Source: Alphaproteobacteria bacterium (GTDB lineage Bacteria > Pseudomonadota > Alphaproteobacteria > Rickettsiales > UBA3002). Taken from it: DNA of 64,000 nt. Made by a program: the position numbers and the translations under genes. The notes beneath the pieces are model-generated. The model was not told where the DNA came from and made no database searches. It saw only the letters and a list, made by a program, of their open reading frames with translations. The stretch covers positions 7,429 to 71,428 of the forward strand of contig JANNSK010000097.1 of assembly GCA_031402515.1 (NCBI GenBank). Reading direction: 5' to 3'. Shown piece after piece: positions 8,291-17,870 of this stretch; within the stretch, counting starts at the first letter, position 1, and every line of letters begins with the position of its first letter.

Positions 8291-9085
8291 CTAATTACTC
8301 AGCTGCTTAGACCGCTTTGCCGCTGCCTTTGTCGCCTTTTTAACGATGCTACGCAGCCCGTTTTTCTTGAAGCTTTTCAGCGCGGCTTCGGTCGTACCTT
8401 GCGGGCTGGTGACTTGCTTGCGTAACGCGGCGACATCGCCACCCTTAGCATCAGCAAGCAACACCGCACCACGTATCGTTTGTGTAACGAGTGTGCGCGA
8501 AAGCGCCTCGCCAAGCCCTAGCGATTGCGATGCTGCCATCAGCGATTCCATAAAGGCAAAGAGGTAAGCGGGGCCGGAGCCGGAAATCGCCGTCACCGCA
8601 TGCATGTCTTTTTCCCGCTCGAGCATGACAACCGGCCCCACCGCGCTGAATAAAGCCTTCACTGTATTCTGTAGCGCCACCGGGACTTTGGGTGCACAGA
8701 TGGCGCTGATGCCCTCGCCGATAAGCGCCGGTGTATTCGGCATCACCCGCACGGCGTATTTGCCAATACGGTTAAATCGGGAAAGTGGCACACCGGCCAT
8801 GATGGAGATGAGTAGCGAGGTGTTAATCCCACGACGTTTGCGCAATTGGGCCAGCACCTCATCTGCCATCTGTGGTTTGACGGCAAGGATGATCATCTCT
8901 GCCGCGCCGGGAAATGCAGCGAGCGAGGCGTAGATTCTGACACCGGGCGTGCCGAAGGATTTGCGCTTGGGTTCGTTGGGTTCAATGACGGAAATCGTCG
9001 CCGACTTAAAGCGCTCCCGCCAGCGCGCGGCCAGCGCCGCGCCCATATTTCCGCCACCGATGATGAGGATGGATTTCATAGCCAT
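8291..9085 (-). CDS. proC: pyrroline-5-carboxylate reductase
   Basis: N-terminal NAD(P) fold ILIIGGGNMGAALA and the ProC C-terminal dimerisation region (VTSPQGTTEAAL). Confidence 0.9.
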   Translation of the reverse strand: MAMKSILIIGGGNMGAALAARWRERFKSATISVIEPNEPKRKSFGTPGVRIYASLAAFPGAAEMIILAVKPQMADEVLAQLRKRRGINTSLLISIMAGVPLSRFNRIGKYAVRVMPNTPALIGEGISAICAPKVPVALQNTVKALFSAVGPVVMLEREKDMHAVTAISGSGPAYLFAFMESLMAASQSLGLGEALSRTLVTQTIRGAVLLADAKGGDVAALRKQVTSPQGTTEAALKSFKKNGLRSIVKKATKAAAKRSKQLSN

Positions 9086-9090
9086 GAGTG

Positions 9091-9166
9091 GGCAGCCTAG
9101 AGCCTGTAGCTCTACGGCGCAAGAGGCGCAAACATAACTGAAAGCTGTAGGCTCGGCTGTTGGCTA
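9091..9166. repeat. inverted heptamer-array hairpin, unit GCCTASA/GCTGTAG
   Basis: cagcctagagcctgtagctct ... aaagctgtaggctcggctgttggct. It fills the ybjN-stop to proC-start spacer. Confidence 0.8.
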
Positions 9167-9673
9167 TTACGCTTCGCCTACTGTATCGAACATGGCAATA
9201 GAAAGTGCTTCTCCCGCCGTATTGCCACCCCAAAGGACGGACTGGAAGGCCGGGTAAAAGCGATTGCACTCGGTCATGGCGATGTCGATCAAGTCTTCCA
9301 TCTGTTCCGGTGTGGCGCCCAAGCCGCCACGCAGTAGCAGCGCATGGCGGAACATGATAAGGCCGTCCTCGGCACCAATGTCGAAATGGCCCAACCACAT
9401 TTTTTCATTCACCGCGGCGAGCAGCGGATAGATTTTTGTCCGTTCTTTTTTGGGTATCTTGGTGTCGTAGGCACAGGAGAAAATCACCACATTAAGCTCA
9501 GGCTGCCAGGTGAACCAGATGCGGTAATTGCACCAGCCGCCCTGCACTTCGGCGACGAGTTCCTCATCCACCGGCCGGTCGAATAACCATTCGCGGTCCA
9601 TGATGAGTTGTTCGGCGAGATCAAGCGGATTTTTCGGAGTGGAATCAGTGACGATGGGTGAAGTGCTTGTCAT
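9167..9673 (-). CDS. YbjN domain-containing protein
   Basis: 168 aa with a YbjN-like sequence, in the conserved position upstream of proC in alphaproteobacteria. Confidence 0.7.
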   Translation of the reverse strand: MTSTSPIVTDSTPKNPLDLAEQLIMDREWLFDRPVDEELVAEVQGGWCNYRIWFTWQPELNVVIFSCAYDTKIPKKERTKIYPLLAAVNEKMWLGHFDIGAEDGLIMFRHALLLRGGLGATPEQMEDLIDIAMTECNRFYPAFQSVLWGGNTAGEALSIAMFDTVGEA

Positions 9674-9840
9674 TCGGTGAAACTCCCTGAGTGGCTGGAT
9701 GTTATCTCGCCGAGAGGATAGGTGCTCTTATGGGAAGCAAGAATGTGAGTCACGAGAAAAGCAAATCATGCTCAGAGAAAAAAATCTATCAAAATATAGT
9801 ATGCCTGAATCAAAAGCTCCCACAAGTAATAGTAGTGATG

Positions 9841-10086
9841 CTATTCCGCGCGTTTTTTTAACATTTCAAGTTCCTGCGCCAGCCGTTCATTCTCGGTGCG
9901 GGCCTTTTCCGCCATGGCCTTGACAACTTCGAACTCATCGCGGGTAACGAAGCGTTCGCGGGCCACAAGCCGCTCAAGCTTATCGGCGATAGTGGCTTCG
10001 ATCTCGCGCTTCATGTCCATCAGCGCGCCGGCAGCGCCCGATGTCATCCGCGCGAGGTCTTCGAAGAGCTTGGAGTCTTTTTGCAT
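9841..10086 (-). CDS. ubiK: UbiK/YqiC (BMFP) family accessory factor
   Basis: 81-aa coiled-coil protein (LFEDLARMTSGAAG...VTRDEFEVVKAMAEKARTENERL). Confidence 0.75.
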   Translation of the reverse strand: MQKDSKLFEDLARMTSGAAGALMDMKREIEATIADKLERLVARERFVTRDEFEVVKAMAEKARTENERLAQELEMLKKRAE

Positions 10087-10186
10087 AGTCGCTAGTGCTA
10101 GTTGCTAGTTGCTAGTCGAAGAAATGTATAGCAGATTAGTCGCCATGACAATCCTTCCACTAGCAACTAGCACTAGCGACTAGCAC
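10087..10186. repeat. inverted heptamer-array hairpin, unit GCTAGTK
   Basis: agtcgctagtgctagttgctagttgctagtcg ... ccactagcaactagcactagcgactagcac. It fills the divergent ubiK/hldD spacer. Confidence 0.9.
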
Positions 10187-10188
10187 TT

Positions 10189-11181
10189 ATGAAACGCATT
10201 CTCGTCACCGGCGGCGCCGGCTTCATCGGTTCGAATATCGCAGGATCGCTCGCCCGCGGCGGCGCATACCGCATTACCGTGGCCGATGAATTCTCCTCAA
10301 GCGAGAAATGGCGCAACCTTGCCAAACACCCGATTTACGAAATCATATCGCCTGTCGACATATTTCACTGGCTCGAAGGCAATAAGGGCGACCTCGAGGC
10401 GATTATCCATATGGGGGCGACCTCATCGACCACGGAAAAGAACGTTGATCTCATCCTCAAAAATAATTTCTCGCTGTCGCGCGTGCTGTGGAACTGGGCG
10501 GTGATTAACAAAAGACGGCTGATTTATGCCTCTTCCGCTGCTACGTATGGCGACGGCTCGGTTGGATTCAAGGACGACCTTTCGCTCGACTATCAGCGCA
10601 CGCTGCACCCGCTCAACGCCTATGGCTGGAGCAAGCATCTGTTCGACCAGTTTGTCGCCATCGCTGCCGCCGGTGGTGATAAAATGCCAGAGCAATGGGT
10701 AGGGCTCAAATTCTTCAACGTCTACGGGCCGAACGAATATCACAAGGATCACCAGCGCTCCGTCGTCTGCCAGAATTATGCCTACGCGCAGCATGGCCGT
10801 CCGGTGCATCTGTTCAAATCGCTCAATCCGAAATACAAAGATGGCGGACAGTTGCGCGACTTTATCTATGTAAAGGATTGCGTGAAAGTGGTGAACTGGC
10901 TGCTCGCCAACCCGAAGGTGAACGGGCTGTACAATCTGGGTACCGGCAAGGCGCGCAGTTTTGAGGACCTCGCCAAGGCGCTGTTTGCTGCGCTTGGCAA
11001 ACCGCTCGCCATTACCTACGGCGACATGCCCGAAGAGTTACGCGCCAAATACCAATATTTTACCGAGGCTGAAATGGAGCGGTTAAAGGCAGCAGGATAC
11101 ACCGAGCCCTTTACCTCGCTCGAAGACGGCGTGAAAGATTACGTGCAGAACTATCTGGCGAAAGATGATCAGTATTTTTAG
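10189..11181 (+). CDS. hldD: ADP-L-glycero-D-manno-heptose 6-epimerase
   Basis: ILVTGGAGFIGSN, YASSAATYG, LNAYGWSK, FFNVYGPNEYHK, and a C-terminus (YQYFTEAEMERLKAAGY) matching the HldD pattern. Confidence 0.85.
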   Translation: MKRILVTGGAGFIGSNIAGSLARGGAYRITVADEFSSSEKWRNLAKHPIYEIISPVDIFHWLEGNKGDLEAIIHMGATSSTTEKNVDLILKNNFSLSRVLWNWAVINKRRLIYASSAATYGDGSVGFKDDLSLDYQRTLHPLNAYGWSKHLFDQFVAIAAAGGDKMPEQWVGLKFFNVYGPNEYHKDHQRSVVCQNYAYAQHGRPVHLFKSLNPKYKDGGQLRDFIYVKDCVKVVNWLLANPKVNGLYNLGTGKARSFEDLAKALFAALGKPLAITYGDMPEELRAKYQYFTEAEMERLKAAGYTEPFTSLEDGVKDYVQNYLAKDDQYF

Positions 11182-11185
11182 GAAA

Positions 11186-11265
11186 GTTGTTGGTTTTTGG
11201 TTGTTGGTTATTAGAATCAACGAAGTGGCCGTTTGCCAACAACCAACAACCAACAACTAACAACC
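11186..11265. repeat. inverted heptamer-array hairpin, unit GTTGTTG
   Basis: gttgttggtttttggttgttggttattag ... ccaacaaccaacaaccaacaactaacaacc. It ends at the lgt ATG. Confidence 0.9.
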
Positions 11266-12048
11266 ATGCAATTTCCCGGCATCGACCCCATTGCCTTTGC
11301 CATCGGCCCGCTGGTCATACGCTGGTACGCACTTGCCTATGTGGCAGGCATCGTGCTCGGGAATATCTATGTCGTGTGGCTGAATCGCAGGCACGCATTT
11401 TTCAGTAAGGCCGCGTTGGACGATTTGATTCTCTACGCCGTGCTTGGGGTGATTTTGGGCGGGCGTATCGGCTATGTGCTCTTTTATAACCTTCCCTATT
11501 TCATCGACCATCCGGGCGGCATCCTGCAGGTCTGGCGCGGCGGCATGTCGTTCCATGGCGGCTTAGGCGGCGTACTGGTTGCCTTCTACCTGTTCGCGCG
11601 CAAACACAAAATCTCCTACTTGCGTGTGCTGGATTTCCTTGCTGCGGCGACGCCGATCGGATTGTTTCTCGGCAGGCTTGCTAACTTTGTGAACGGTGAG
11701 CTATACGGGCGCGTCACTGCTTCCTCGTTCGGCATGGTGTTCCCCAATGGTGGACCGGAACCACGTTATCCCAGCCAATTATTCGAGGCGGCACTCGAAG
11801 GCGCAGTACTCTTTATTATCTTGTTTCTGCTCGCCACCCGCACCCGCGCGCTCAATTATCGCGGCATACTGGGGGGGGCCTTCATCGCTGGATATGGCAT
11901 CTTCCGTTTCTGCGTCGAATATGTGCGTGAGCCGGATACGCAGCTTGGATTACTGGCGCTTGGGTTTTCCATGGGCCAGTGGCTGTGCATACCGATGATT
12001 GGTTTAGGGGCGTGGCTATTGCTGACGGCGAAGAAGCGAGAAGTTTAA
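11266..12048 (+). CDS. lgt: prolipoprotein diacylglyceryl transferase
   Basis: MQFPGIDPIAF..GPL.IRWYALAY, GGRIGYVLFYN, QVWRGGMSFHGG. The ATG at 11266 is preferred over the ORF-track start at 11233. Confidence 0.9.
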   Translation: MQFPGIDPIAFAIGPLVIRWYALAYVAGIVLGNIYVVWLNRRHAFFSKAALDDLILYAVLGVILGGRIGYVLFYNLPYFIDHPGGILQVWRGGMSFHGGLGGVLVAFYLFARKHKISYLRVLDFLAAATPIGLFLGRLANFVNGELYGRVTASSFGMVFPNGGPEPRYPSQLFEAALEGAVLFIILFLLATRTRALNYRGILGGAFIAGYGIFRFCVEYVREPDTQLGLLALGFSMGQWLCIPMIGLGAWLLLTAKKREV

Positions 12049-12064
12049 TGATTGAAGTGCAACA

Positions 12065-12198
12065 GGCACGGTCGGCCCCCTCCCCCTTGAGGGGGAGGGT
12101 TGAGGTGAGGGCGGCAGCCCATCCGACTTCTGAGCGTGCATCGAACGCCCCCCTCCTAACCTCCCCCCTAGAGGGGGGAGGGATCCCACCACCGTGCC
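12065..12198. repeat. GC-rich MITE-like element, family A
   Basis: Termini GGCACGGT / ACCGTGCC. Internal hairpins ccctcccccttgagggggaggg and cctcccccctagaggggggagg. About 85-90% identical by eye to the inverted copy at 20583-20722. Confidence 0.85.
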
Positions 12199-12223
12199 AT
12201 TATTACGTTTCACGCATCACCCT

Positions 12224-13300
12224 ATGAGCCCGTTAACAGAAATCATCCGTGTGCGCATAAACGCCGATGGCCCGATCTCCATCGCCGATTATATGGCGGT
12301 GGCGCTTGGCCATCCCGAGCACGGCTATTACCGCAAGCAGGATCCGTTCGGCGCCCGCGGCGACTTCATCACCGCCCCGGAAATTTCACAAATCTTCGGC
12401 GAGATGATCGGCGTCTGGTGCGCTGAAGTCTGGCGCCAGTTGGGCGGCGGCCCGATGAATCTGGTCGAGCTGGGGCCGGGGCGCGGCACGCTGATGCACG
12501 ACCTCTTGCGCGCGACTAAAAAAGTCCCGGAGTTCCACAACTCGATCACGATCCATATGGTCGAGACCAGCCCCGTGCTCGCCAACGCGCAATATACGCA
12601 GCTGCGTTACGAACATCCGCGCATCGAGTGGTTGGACAGCTTCGCGCAGTTGGATGACGGACCTGCGATCATCGTCGCCAACGAGTTTTTCGACGCGCTG
12701 CCCATCAAGCAATTCGTCATGACCGACGACGGCGTGCATGAGCGCCGCATCGGCTGGGACGAAAAAGAAAGCGCTTTCTATTTCACGCTGGGGCCGAAAT
12801 CGTTGCAGCTTGCCAAGTCCGGGCAAGTGATTCCGCCCGGTACGGTGATGGAGCAATCGCCGGAATCGCGCAACCTCATGCGCGCCATCACCGCGCGCAT
12901 TACCGGGCAGGGCGGTGCGGCGCTCATCATCGATTACGGCTATCTCGGCGAGGCCCATCGCGACACGTTACAGGCGGTAAAAAACCATACGTTTCATTCC
13001 GTGCTCAAAGACCCTGGTGACGCCGACATCACCGCCCATGTCGACTTCACCGCCTTGATGGACATCGCCACAGATAGCGGCGGCTATGTGTATGGCCTGG
13101 CCAATCAGGGCGAGTTTTTGCAGCGCCTCGGCGCTGATTTGCGCTGCGAAATGTTGCTCAGACAAGCCAGCGCCGAACAAAAAGAGGCCATTGCAAGCGG
13201 TTTGAAGCGACTTACCTCACCTCAGGAAATGGGTGAGCTATTTAAAGTCATGGCGGTGGTCGCCGACCCACGTATCGAACCGCCAGGATTTGTGAGTTAG
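12224..13300 (+). CDS. SAM-dependent methyltransferase, MidA/NDUFAF7 (DUF185) family
   Basis: Signature GDFITAPEISQIFGEMIG and ELGPGRGTLM, in the lgt-DUF185-pgeF synteny. Confidence 0.8.
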   Translation: MSPLTEIIRVRINADGPISIADYMAVALGHPEHGYYRKQDPFGARGDFITAPEISQIFGEMIGVWCAEVWRQLGGGPMNLVELGPGRGTLMHDLLRATKKVPEFHNSITIHMVETSPVLANAQYTQLRYEHPRIEWLDSFAQLDDGPAIIVANEFFDALPIKQFVMTDDGVHERRIGWDEKESAFYFTLGPKSLQLAKSGQVIPPGTVMEQSPESRNLMRAITARITGQGGAALIIDYGYLGEAHRDTLQAVKNHTFHSVLKDPGDADITAHVDFTALMDIATDSGGYVYGLANQGEFLQRLGADLRCEMLLRQASAEQKEAIASGLKRLTSPQEMGELFKVMAVVADPRIEPPGFVS

Positions 13301-13302
13301 GC

Positions 13303-14130
13303 ATGAAGGCTCCGGCTTCAAAGACATCCGCCATAAAGCCCGTTTCGGTGAAACCGCCACATCACCAGAGCGATCTGCTTGTTTCACCCAATCTATCGCA
13401 CGGTTTCTTCACCCGCGAGGGTGGGGTGAGCAAAGATATCTATGCGGGGCTCAATTGCGGTGTCGGCAGCCACGACAATAAACGCGACGTGCGCGAGAAC
13501 CGGCGGCGTGCGGCAGCAGAACTCGGGTTTTCTATCACTCATTTATGCACGCTGCACCAGGTGCACTCTTCGACTGTGCTTACCGTCACCAAGCCGTGGG
13601 AGGAAGCGCCGTTCGATGCTGACGCCATGGTCAGTAAAACCCCCGGCATCCTGCTTGGTATCCTCACCGCCGATTGCGTGCCGGTATTGTTTGTCGAGCC
13701 GGATGCGGTCGTCGTTGGCGCCGCGCATGCGGGCTGGAAAGGCGCCTTCACCGGCATTCTGGAAAACACGATTGAAGTCATGGTGGGCGCTGGTGCCAAA
13801 TTGGAAAATATTCGCGCCGCCATCGGCCCGTGTATTGGCCCGCAAAGCTATGAAGTAGGAGCAGAATTCGTCGCACGCTTTGTCGAGGCGGACTATGAAA
13901 ACCGCAAGTTTTTCGTCGAGTCGGAGCGCAAGGGCCATTCGGTTTTCAACCTCGAAGCCTATGTGATAAAGCGCCTACAGGCCTCGGGCTTGCAGCAGAT
14001 TGAGGCATCCGGTATGGATACCGTCGCCGACGAGAAGCAGTTTTTTAGCTATCGCCGTGCCACGCTCAAAGGCGAAAAAGATTACGGGCGGCAGCTCTCG
14101 GCCATCGGCGTGCTGCCGGATAAGAAGTAA
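13303..14130 (+). CDS. pgeF: peptidoglycan editing factor PgeF (YfiH/laccase-domain protein)
   Basis: HGFFTR.GG.S, QVHS..V, TADC.PVLF, HAGWKG motifs. Confidence 0.85.
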   Translation: MKAPASKTSAIKPVSVKPPHHQSDLLVSPNLSHGFFTREGGVSKDIYAGLNCGVGSHDNKRDVRENRRRAAAELGFSITHLCTLHQVHSSTVLTVTKPWEEAPFDADAMVSKTPGILLGILTADCVPVLFVEPDAVVVGAAHAGWKGAFTGILENTIEVMVGAGAKLENIRAAIGPCIGPQSYEVGAEFVARFVEADYENRKFFVESERKGHSVFNLEAYVIKRLQASGLQQIEASGMDTVADEKQFFSYRRATLKGEKDYGRQLSAIGVLPDKK

Positions 14131-14131
14131 T

Positions 14132-14359
14132 CAGAGTCTGAGAGTCGAGTGAAGAATGCCCTCACCCGAAAATCGTGAAGGACGATTTTCGACCTCTCCC
14201 AAGGGAGAGGTAGGCAAGCCGCTCGCTCCTGTTCTTTCTTCCAATCCGCGCCAGCGGATACCCCTCTCCCTTGGGAGAGGTCAAAATCCACTTCTTGGTG
14301 GATTTTGGGTGAGGGCATGCTGGCAGGAATTTTCACTCGACTCTCGACTCTCGATTCTG
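14132..14359. repeat. inverted heptamer-array hairpin, unit GAGAGTC, with a ~160-bp GC-rich element nested in the loop
   Basis: Arms cagagtctgagagtcgagtgaagaat (14132-14157) and attttcactcgactctcgactctcgattctg (14329-14359). Confidence 0.85.
14158..14317. repeat. GC-rich MITE-like element, family A variant
   Basis: Terminal inverted repeats gccctcacccgaaaatc / gattttgggtgagggc. Internal hairpins cctctcccaagggagagg and cccctctcccttgggagagg. Confidence 0.8.
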
Positions 14360-14398
14360 GTCACTCTATAAATACCCCGTAAATCAAACGAGGAACCT

Positions 14399-15292
14399 AT
14401 GACCCTAATCCCATTCGACGACCGCGACGGATTCATCTGGATGGATGGCAAGCTCATCCCCCATCGCGAGGCGAAAATCCACGTGCTCACCCATGGGCTG
14501 CATTATGCGAGCAGTGTATTCGAGGGCGAGCGCGCCTACTCGGGAAAAATTTTCAAAAGCCGCGAACATACCGAGCGCCTGCATAAATCCGCCGAGATGC
14601 TGGGTTTCAAAATCCCCTTCACCGTCGATGAAATCGAGAAGGCCAAGGAAGAGGTCATCCGCGCCAACAAGTCGGTGGATGCCTATGTGCGCCCCGTTGC
14701 CTGGCGCGGCAGCGAGATGATGGCCGTCTCGGCGCAGCTTTCCAAAATCCATGTGGCGATTGCCTGCTGGCAATGGCCGAGCATGTTCAAGCAAGAAATC
14801 AAGGAGAAGGGCGTGCGTCTGTGTTGGGCGCGCTACAAGCGGCCTTCGCCCGAGACCGAGCCGGTATTCAGTAAAGCGGCGGGGCTTTACATGATTTGTA
14901 CACTCGGCAAGCACGAGGCCGAAGCCAAAGGATTTCAGGACGCGCTGATGCTCGACTGGCGCGGCTACCTCGCCGAGGCGACGGGGGCGAACTTATTCCT
15001 CGTCATCAACGGTGAAATCCATACGCCGACGCCGGATTGTTTCTTGGACGGCATTACCCGGCGCACGGTGATGGAGCTTGCGCGCGCCCGCCAAATCAAA
15101 GTCATCGAGCGCCATATGAAACCGGAAGAACTCGACAAGGCTCAGGAAGTTTTTCTCACCGGCACCGCTGCAGAAATAACTCCCGTCGGCGAAGTTGAGG
15201 GAAAGAAATTCACCGTCGGCGCCGTAACCAAACAGCTGATGGAAGACTACGAAGCGGCTGTCAGGGCGCACGCCAAGAATAAGGCAGCGTAG
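14399..15292 (+). CDS. ilvE: branched-chain amino acid aminotransferase
   Basis: Class IV aminotransferase motifs (HGLHYASSVFEGERAY, KAAGLY, E.TGANLF, TGTAAEI.PV). GAGGAA ribosome-binding site. Confidence 0.9.
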   Translation: MTLIPFDDRDGFIWMDGKLIPHREAKIHVLTHGLHYASSVFEGERAYSGKIFKSREHTERLHKSAEMLGFKIPFTVDEIEKAKEEVIRANKSVDAYVRPVAWRGSEMMAVSAQLSKIHVAIACWQWPSMFKQEIKEKGVRLCWARYKRPSPETEPVFSKAAGLYMICTLGKHEAEAKGFQDALMLDWRGYLAEATGANLFLVINGEIHTPTPDCFLDGITRRTVMELARARQIKVIERHMKPEELDKAQEVFLTGTAAEITPVGEVEGKKFTVGAVTKQLMEDYEAAVRAHAKNKAA

Positions 15293-15421
15293 TTTTGTTG
15301 CGCGCTACCGCGCGGCGCTCAAGCGGCGCGCAGCTCTTTCGGCCTCAATGGCCGTCTCGTCGCAAGTGCGGCTTCGAAGTAAGAGAATGCGCCGCTGCGG
15401 TCAGCAGCACGCCGAAGTGCG

Positions 15422-15970
15422 CTACTTAATGGAAGGCAGCGCCTTCCGCGTATAATCAAACGCTGAATGGAGGGCGAGCGCTGCGGCGGCCCATAGCGCG
15501 ATGCGGCCCAGCATCCAGGCAGGCTGCACGTAATAAGCGAGGCCAAACAGCATGCCGCCCACGGCCAGCATTTGAATCGCGGTTTTCCACTTGCCAATCG
15601 ACGATACGGGAAGCGGCACTTTTTTTAGTGCAAGAAACTCGCGCAAACCGCTGATATAAAGCTCGCGCAGAATGATGAGCGAAACCGGTAGCAGCATCGT
15701 CCATCCGCGATCAAGTTTTAAAAGATAAATCAACATCACCACGATAAGCAATTTGTCGCTGATCTGATCAAGCATGGTGCCGATAGGGGTCACCGCGTTC
15801 CATTTGCGGGCGAGATATCCATCGAAGAAATCGCTGACGGCGGCGACAAAAAAAATCCAGAATAAAAGCTGCTTGGCGTAGGGCATGTGGGTCATGACGA
15901 TGAGCGCCAGCACCACCGCCGCCACGCGACCGTAGGTGAGAAGGTTGGGAATCTGTTGTTTGGTTAGCAT
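15422..15970 (-). CDS. pgsA: CDP-diacylglycerol--glycerol-3-phosphate 3-phosphatidyltransferase
   Basis: CDP-alcohol phosphatidyltransferase motif DFFDGYLAR......G..LD...DK. Confidence 0.85.
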   Translation of the reverse strand: MLTKQQIPNLLTYGRVAAVVLALIVMTHMPYAKQLLFWIFFVAAVSDFFDGYLARKWNAVTPIGTMLDQISDKLLIVVMLIYLLKLDRGWTMLLPVSLIILRELYISGLREFLALKKVPLPVSSIGKWKTAIQMLAVGGMLFGLAYYVQPAWMLGRIALWAAAALALHSAFDYTRKALPSIK

Positions 15971-15987
15971 GCTTCTATTTTAGCGTC

Positions 15988-16078
15988 ATTCTCGTGCTTG
16001 TCACGAGAATCCAGAGATCCTCGCGACGAGCGCGAGGATACTAAAGCTATTTATGAAAGTGATCATAAATAGCTTTAG
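15988..16078. repeat. three consecutive perfect hairpins at the uvrC 3' end
   Basis: attctcgtg/cacgagaat (15988-16010), atcctcgcg/cgcgaggat (16017-16039), and ctaaagctatttatga/tcataaatagctttag (16041-16078). The last one spans the uvrC stop. Confidence 0.8.
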
Positions 16079-17870
16079 CAGTTTTTTTCGAAACGCCAGC
16101 AACATTCTCAAGCTCGGATAAAGACGCGGCAGAAATCGCGTCGCGCGATCCGAAATGATTGAGCAGCGCCCGTTTGCGCGTGGCGCCAACGCCGGGTATA
16201 TCGTCGAGCACCGAAACCGTGAGCGATTTTGAGCGTTTATTACGGTGGCGACCGATAACGAAGCGATGCGCTTCATCACGTAACCGCTCAAGGTAATGCA
16301 GCAGTGGATCGTCCGCAGGCAGCTGGAACGGCGCCCGCCCTTCCATGAAGAACCATTCGCGCCCGGCGTTTCGATTCTCACCCTTGGCGATGGCGACGAG
16401 GGCAACACCACCAACACCCAGCTCTTTGAATACACCGGTGACGGCGGATAATTGTCCCTTGCCGCCATCGATGAGCATGAGGTCGGGAAGCTCGCCCTTC
16501 TTCAGCCGCCTTTTGAACACTTCGCGCATCATGGCGTAATCGTCGTCGCCCGCCGCCTCTTTCATGTTGAAGCTGCGGTAGCTGCGCTTGTCGAATCCTT
16601 CCGAGGTGGCGACAATCATCGCCCCCAGTGCCGAACTTCCCATGATATGCGAATTGTCATAGACTTCGATACGTTCTGGAATTCTTGCCAGGCCGAACAG
16701 CTCTTGCAGTTGCTTCAAATGCACCATCACCTGAGAGCGCTTCTGTTCGTCGCGCCCGAGTGCGGCCTGCGCGTTCGCCTCGGCATTGGTGACCAACGTG
16801 AGCTTATCGCCGCGCTGCGGCTTGCTGATGCTCACATGGCGACCCGCCTTGAGGTGAAGCGCTTCCGCCAGCAATTCGGATTCATCGGGCGCGATATTGA
16901 CGAGGATTTCGTTAGGCGGTGTGTGCGATTGGTAAAACTGCGCCATGAAGGCGGCCATCACTTCGCCGTCGGTGGTCTCCGCTTCATGGCGTGGGAAAAA
17001 AGATTGATGACCGAAATGATTGCCCTGCCGGTAGAAAAACACCTGTACCACGCTTTTGGCGCCGATTTTGGCGAGGGCGATGACATCCGCATCGTGCAGT
17101 CCTCGCGCATAGATGGATTGTTCCTGCTGCACCTGGGTGAGGGCGCGGATACGGTCACGCAAAAGCGCGGCTAATTCATAATCCGTAGACAGGCTGGCTT
17201 TTTCCATTTCCTGCTGTAGCAGTTCCTGCAGCTCGCGATGCTTGCCATGCAGGAAATCCCGCACGCGCTTTACCTGCTCGCCATAGTGCTGCGCGCTGAC
17301 ATAACCCACGCAGGGCGCCGAGCAGCGCTTGATTTGATATTTCAGGCAAGGCCGCGTGCGGTTTTTAAAAAATGTATCGGAGCACGGGCGAATCAAAAAT
17401 ACTTTCTGCAGCAGCGCGAGTGTTTGATTGAGCGCGCCGATGGAAGCAAATGGTCCGAAATACTCACCTTTGATTTTCTGTGCGCCGCGATGTTTGGTGA
17501 TGCGCGGGAACGGGTGGTCTGCCGTCAGCAGCAGATATGGAAAAGATTTGTCGTCCTTCAGGAGAATGTTGTAATAGGGACGGAGCTTTTTTATTTCCGC
17601 CGCTTCCATCAGTAGTGCTTCGGCCTCGCCGTCCGCTACCACCACTTCGACGTGCGCGATCCGCGCTACCATCTTCAGCGTACGGGTATTGGCATTCTTT
17701 CCGTTGGCGTAACTGATGACACGGCTCGCCAGATTTTTGGCCTTGCCGATATAAAGCACATCGCCCTTTGCATCGAGCATGCGATAAATACCGGGCGCGG
17801 ATGGCAGGGTTTTCGCTGCCGTGCGAATTGCCTCTACGCCAGTCAAAAGATGCGAGTGTTTCTGCGTCAT
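16047..17870 (-). CDS. uvrC: excinuclease ABC subunit C
   Basis: 607 aa with an N-terminal GIY-YIG (PGIYRM.D..G.VLYIGKAKNL), a UVR domain, and a C-terminal (HhH)2. Confidence 0.95.
   Translation of the reverse strand: MTQKHSHLLTGVEAIRTAAKTLPSAPGIYRMLDAKGDVLYIGKAKNLASRVISYANGKNANTRTLKMVARIAHVEVVVADGEAEALLMEAAEIKKLRPYYNILLKDDKSFPYLLLTADHPFPRITKHRGAQKIKGEYFGPFASIGALNQTLALLQKVFLIRPCSDTFFKNRTRPCLKYQIKRCSAPCVGYVSAQHYGEQVKRVRDFLHGKHRELQELLQQEMEKASLSTDYELAALLRDRIRALTQVQQEQSIYARGLHDADVIALAKIGAKSVVQVFFYRQGNHFGHQSFFPRHEAETTDGEVMAAFMAQFYQSHTPPNEILVNIAPDESELLAEALHLKAGRHVSISKPQRGDKLTLVTNAEANAQAALGRDEQKRSQVMVHLKQLQELFGLARIPERIEVYDNSHIMGSSALGAMIVATSEGFDKRSYRSFNMKEAAGDDDYAMMREVFKRRLKKGELPDLMLIDGGKGQLSAVTGVFKELGVGGVALVAIAKGENRNAGREWFFMEGRAPFQLPADDPLLHYLERLRDEAHRFVIGRHRNKRSKSLTVSVLDDIPGVGATRKRALLNHFGSRDAISAASLSELENVAGVSKKTAKAIYDHFHK

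Noticed and set aside
15293-15421. GC-rich ilvE/pgsA convergent spacer (gcgcgctaccgcgcggcgctcaagcggcgcgc...) as another repeat family or terminator
   Set aside because: I could not find a second copy in the window or a clean stem followed by a U-tract. The evidence is insufficient to call it.
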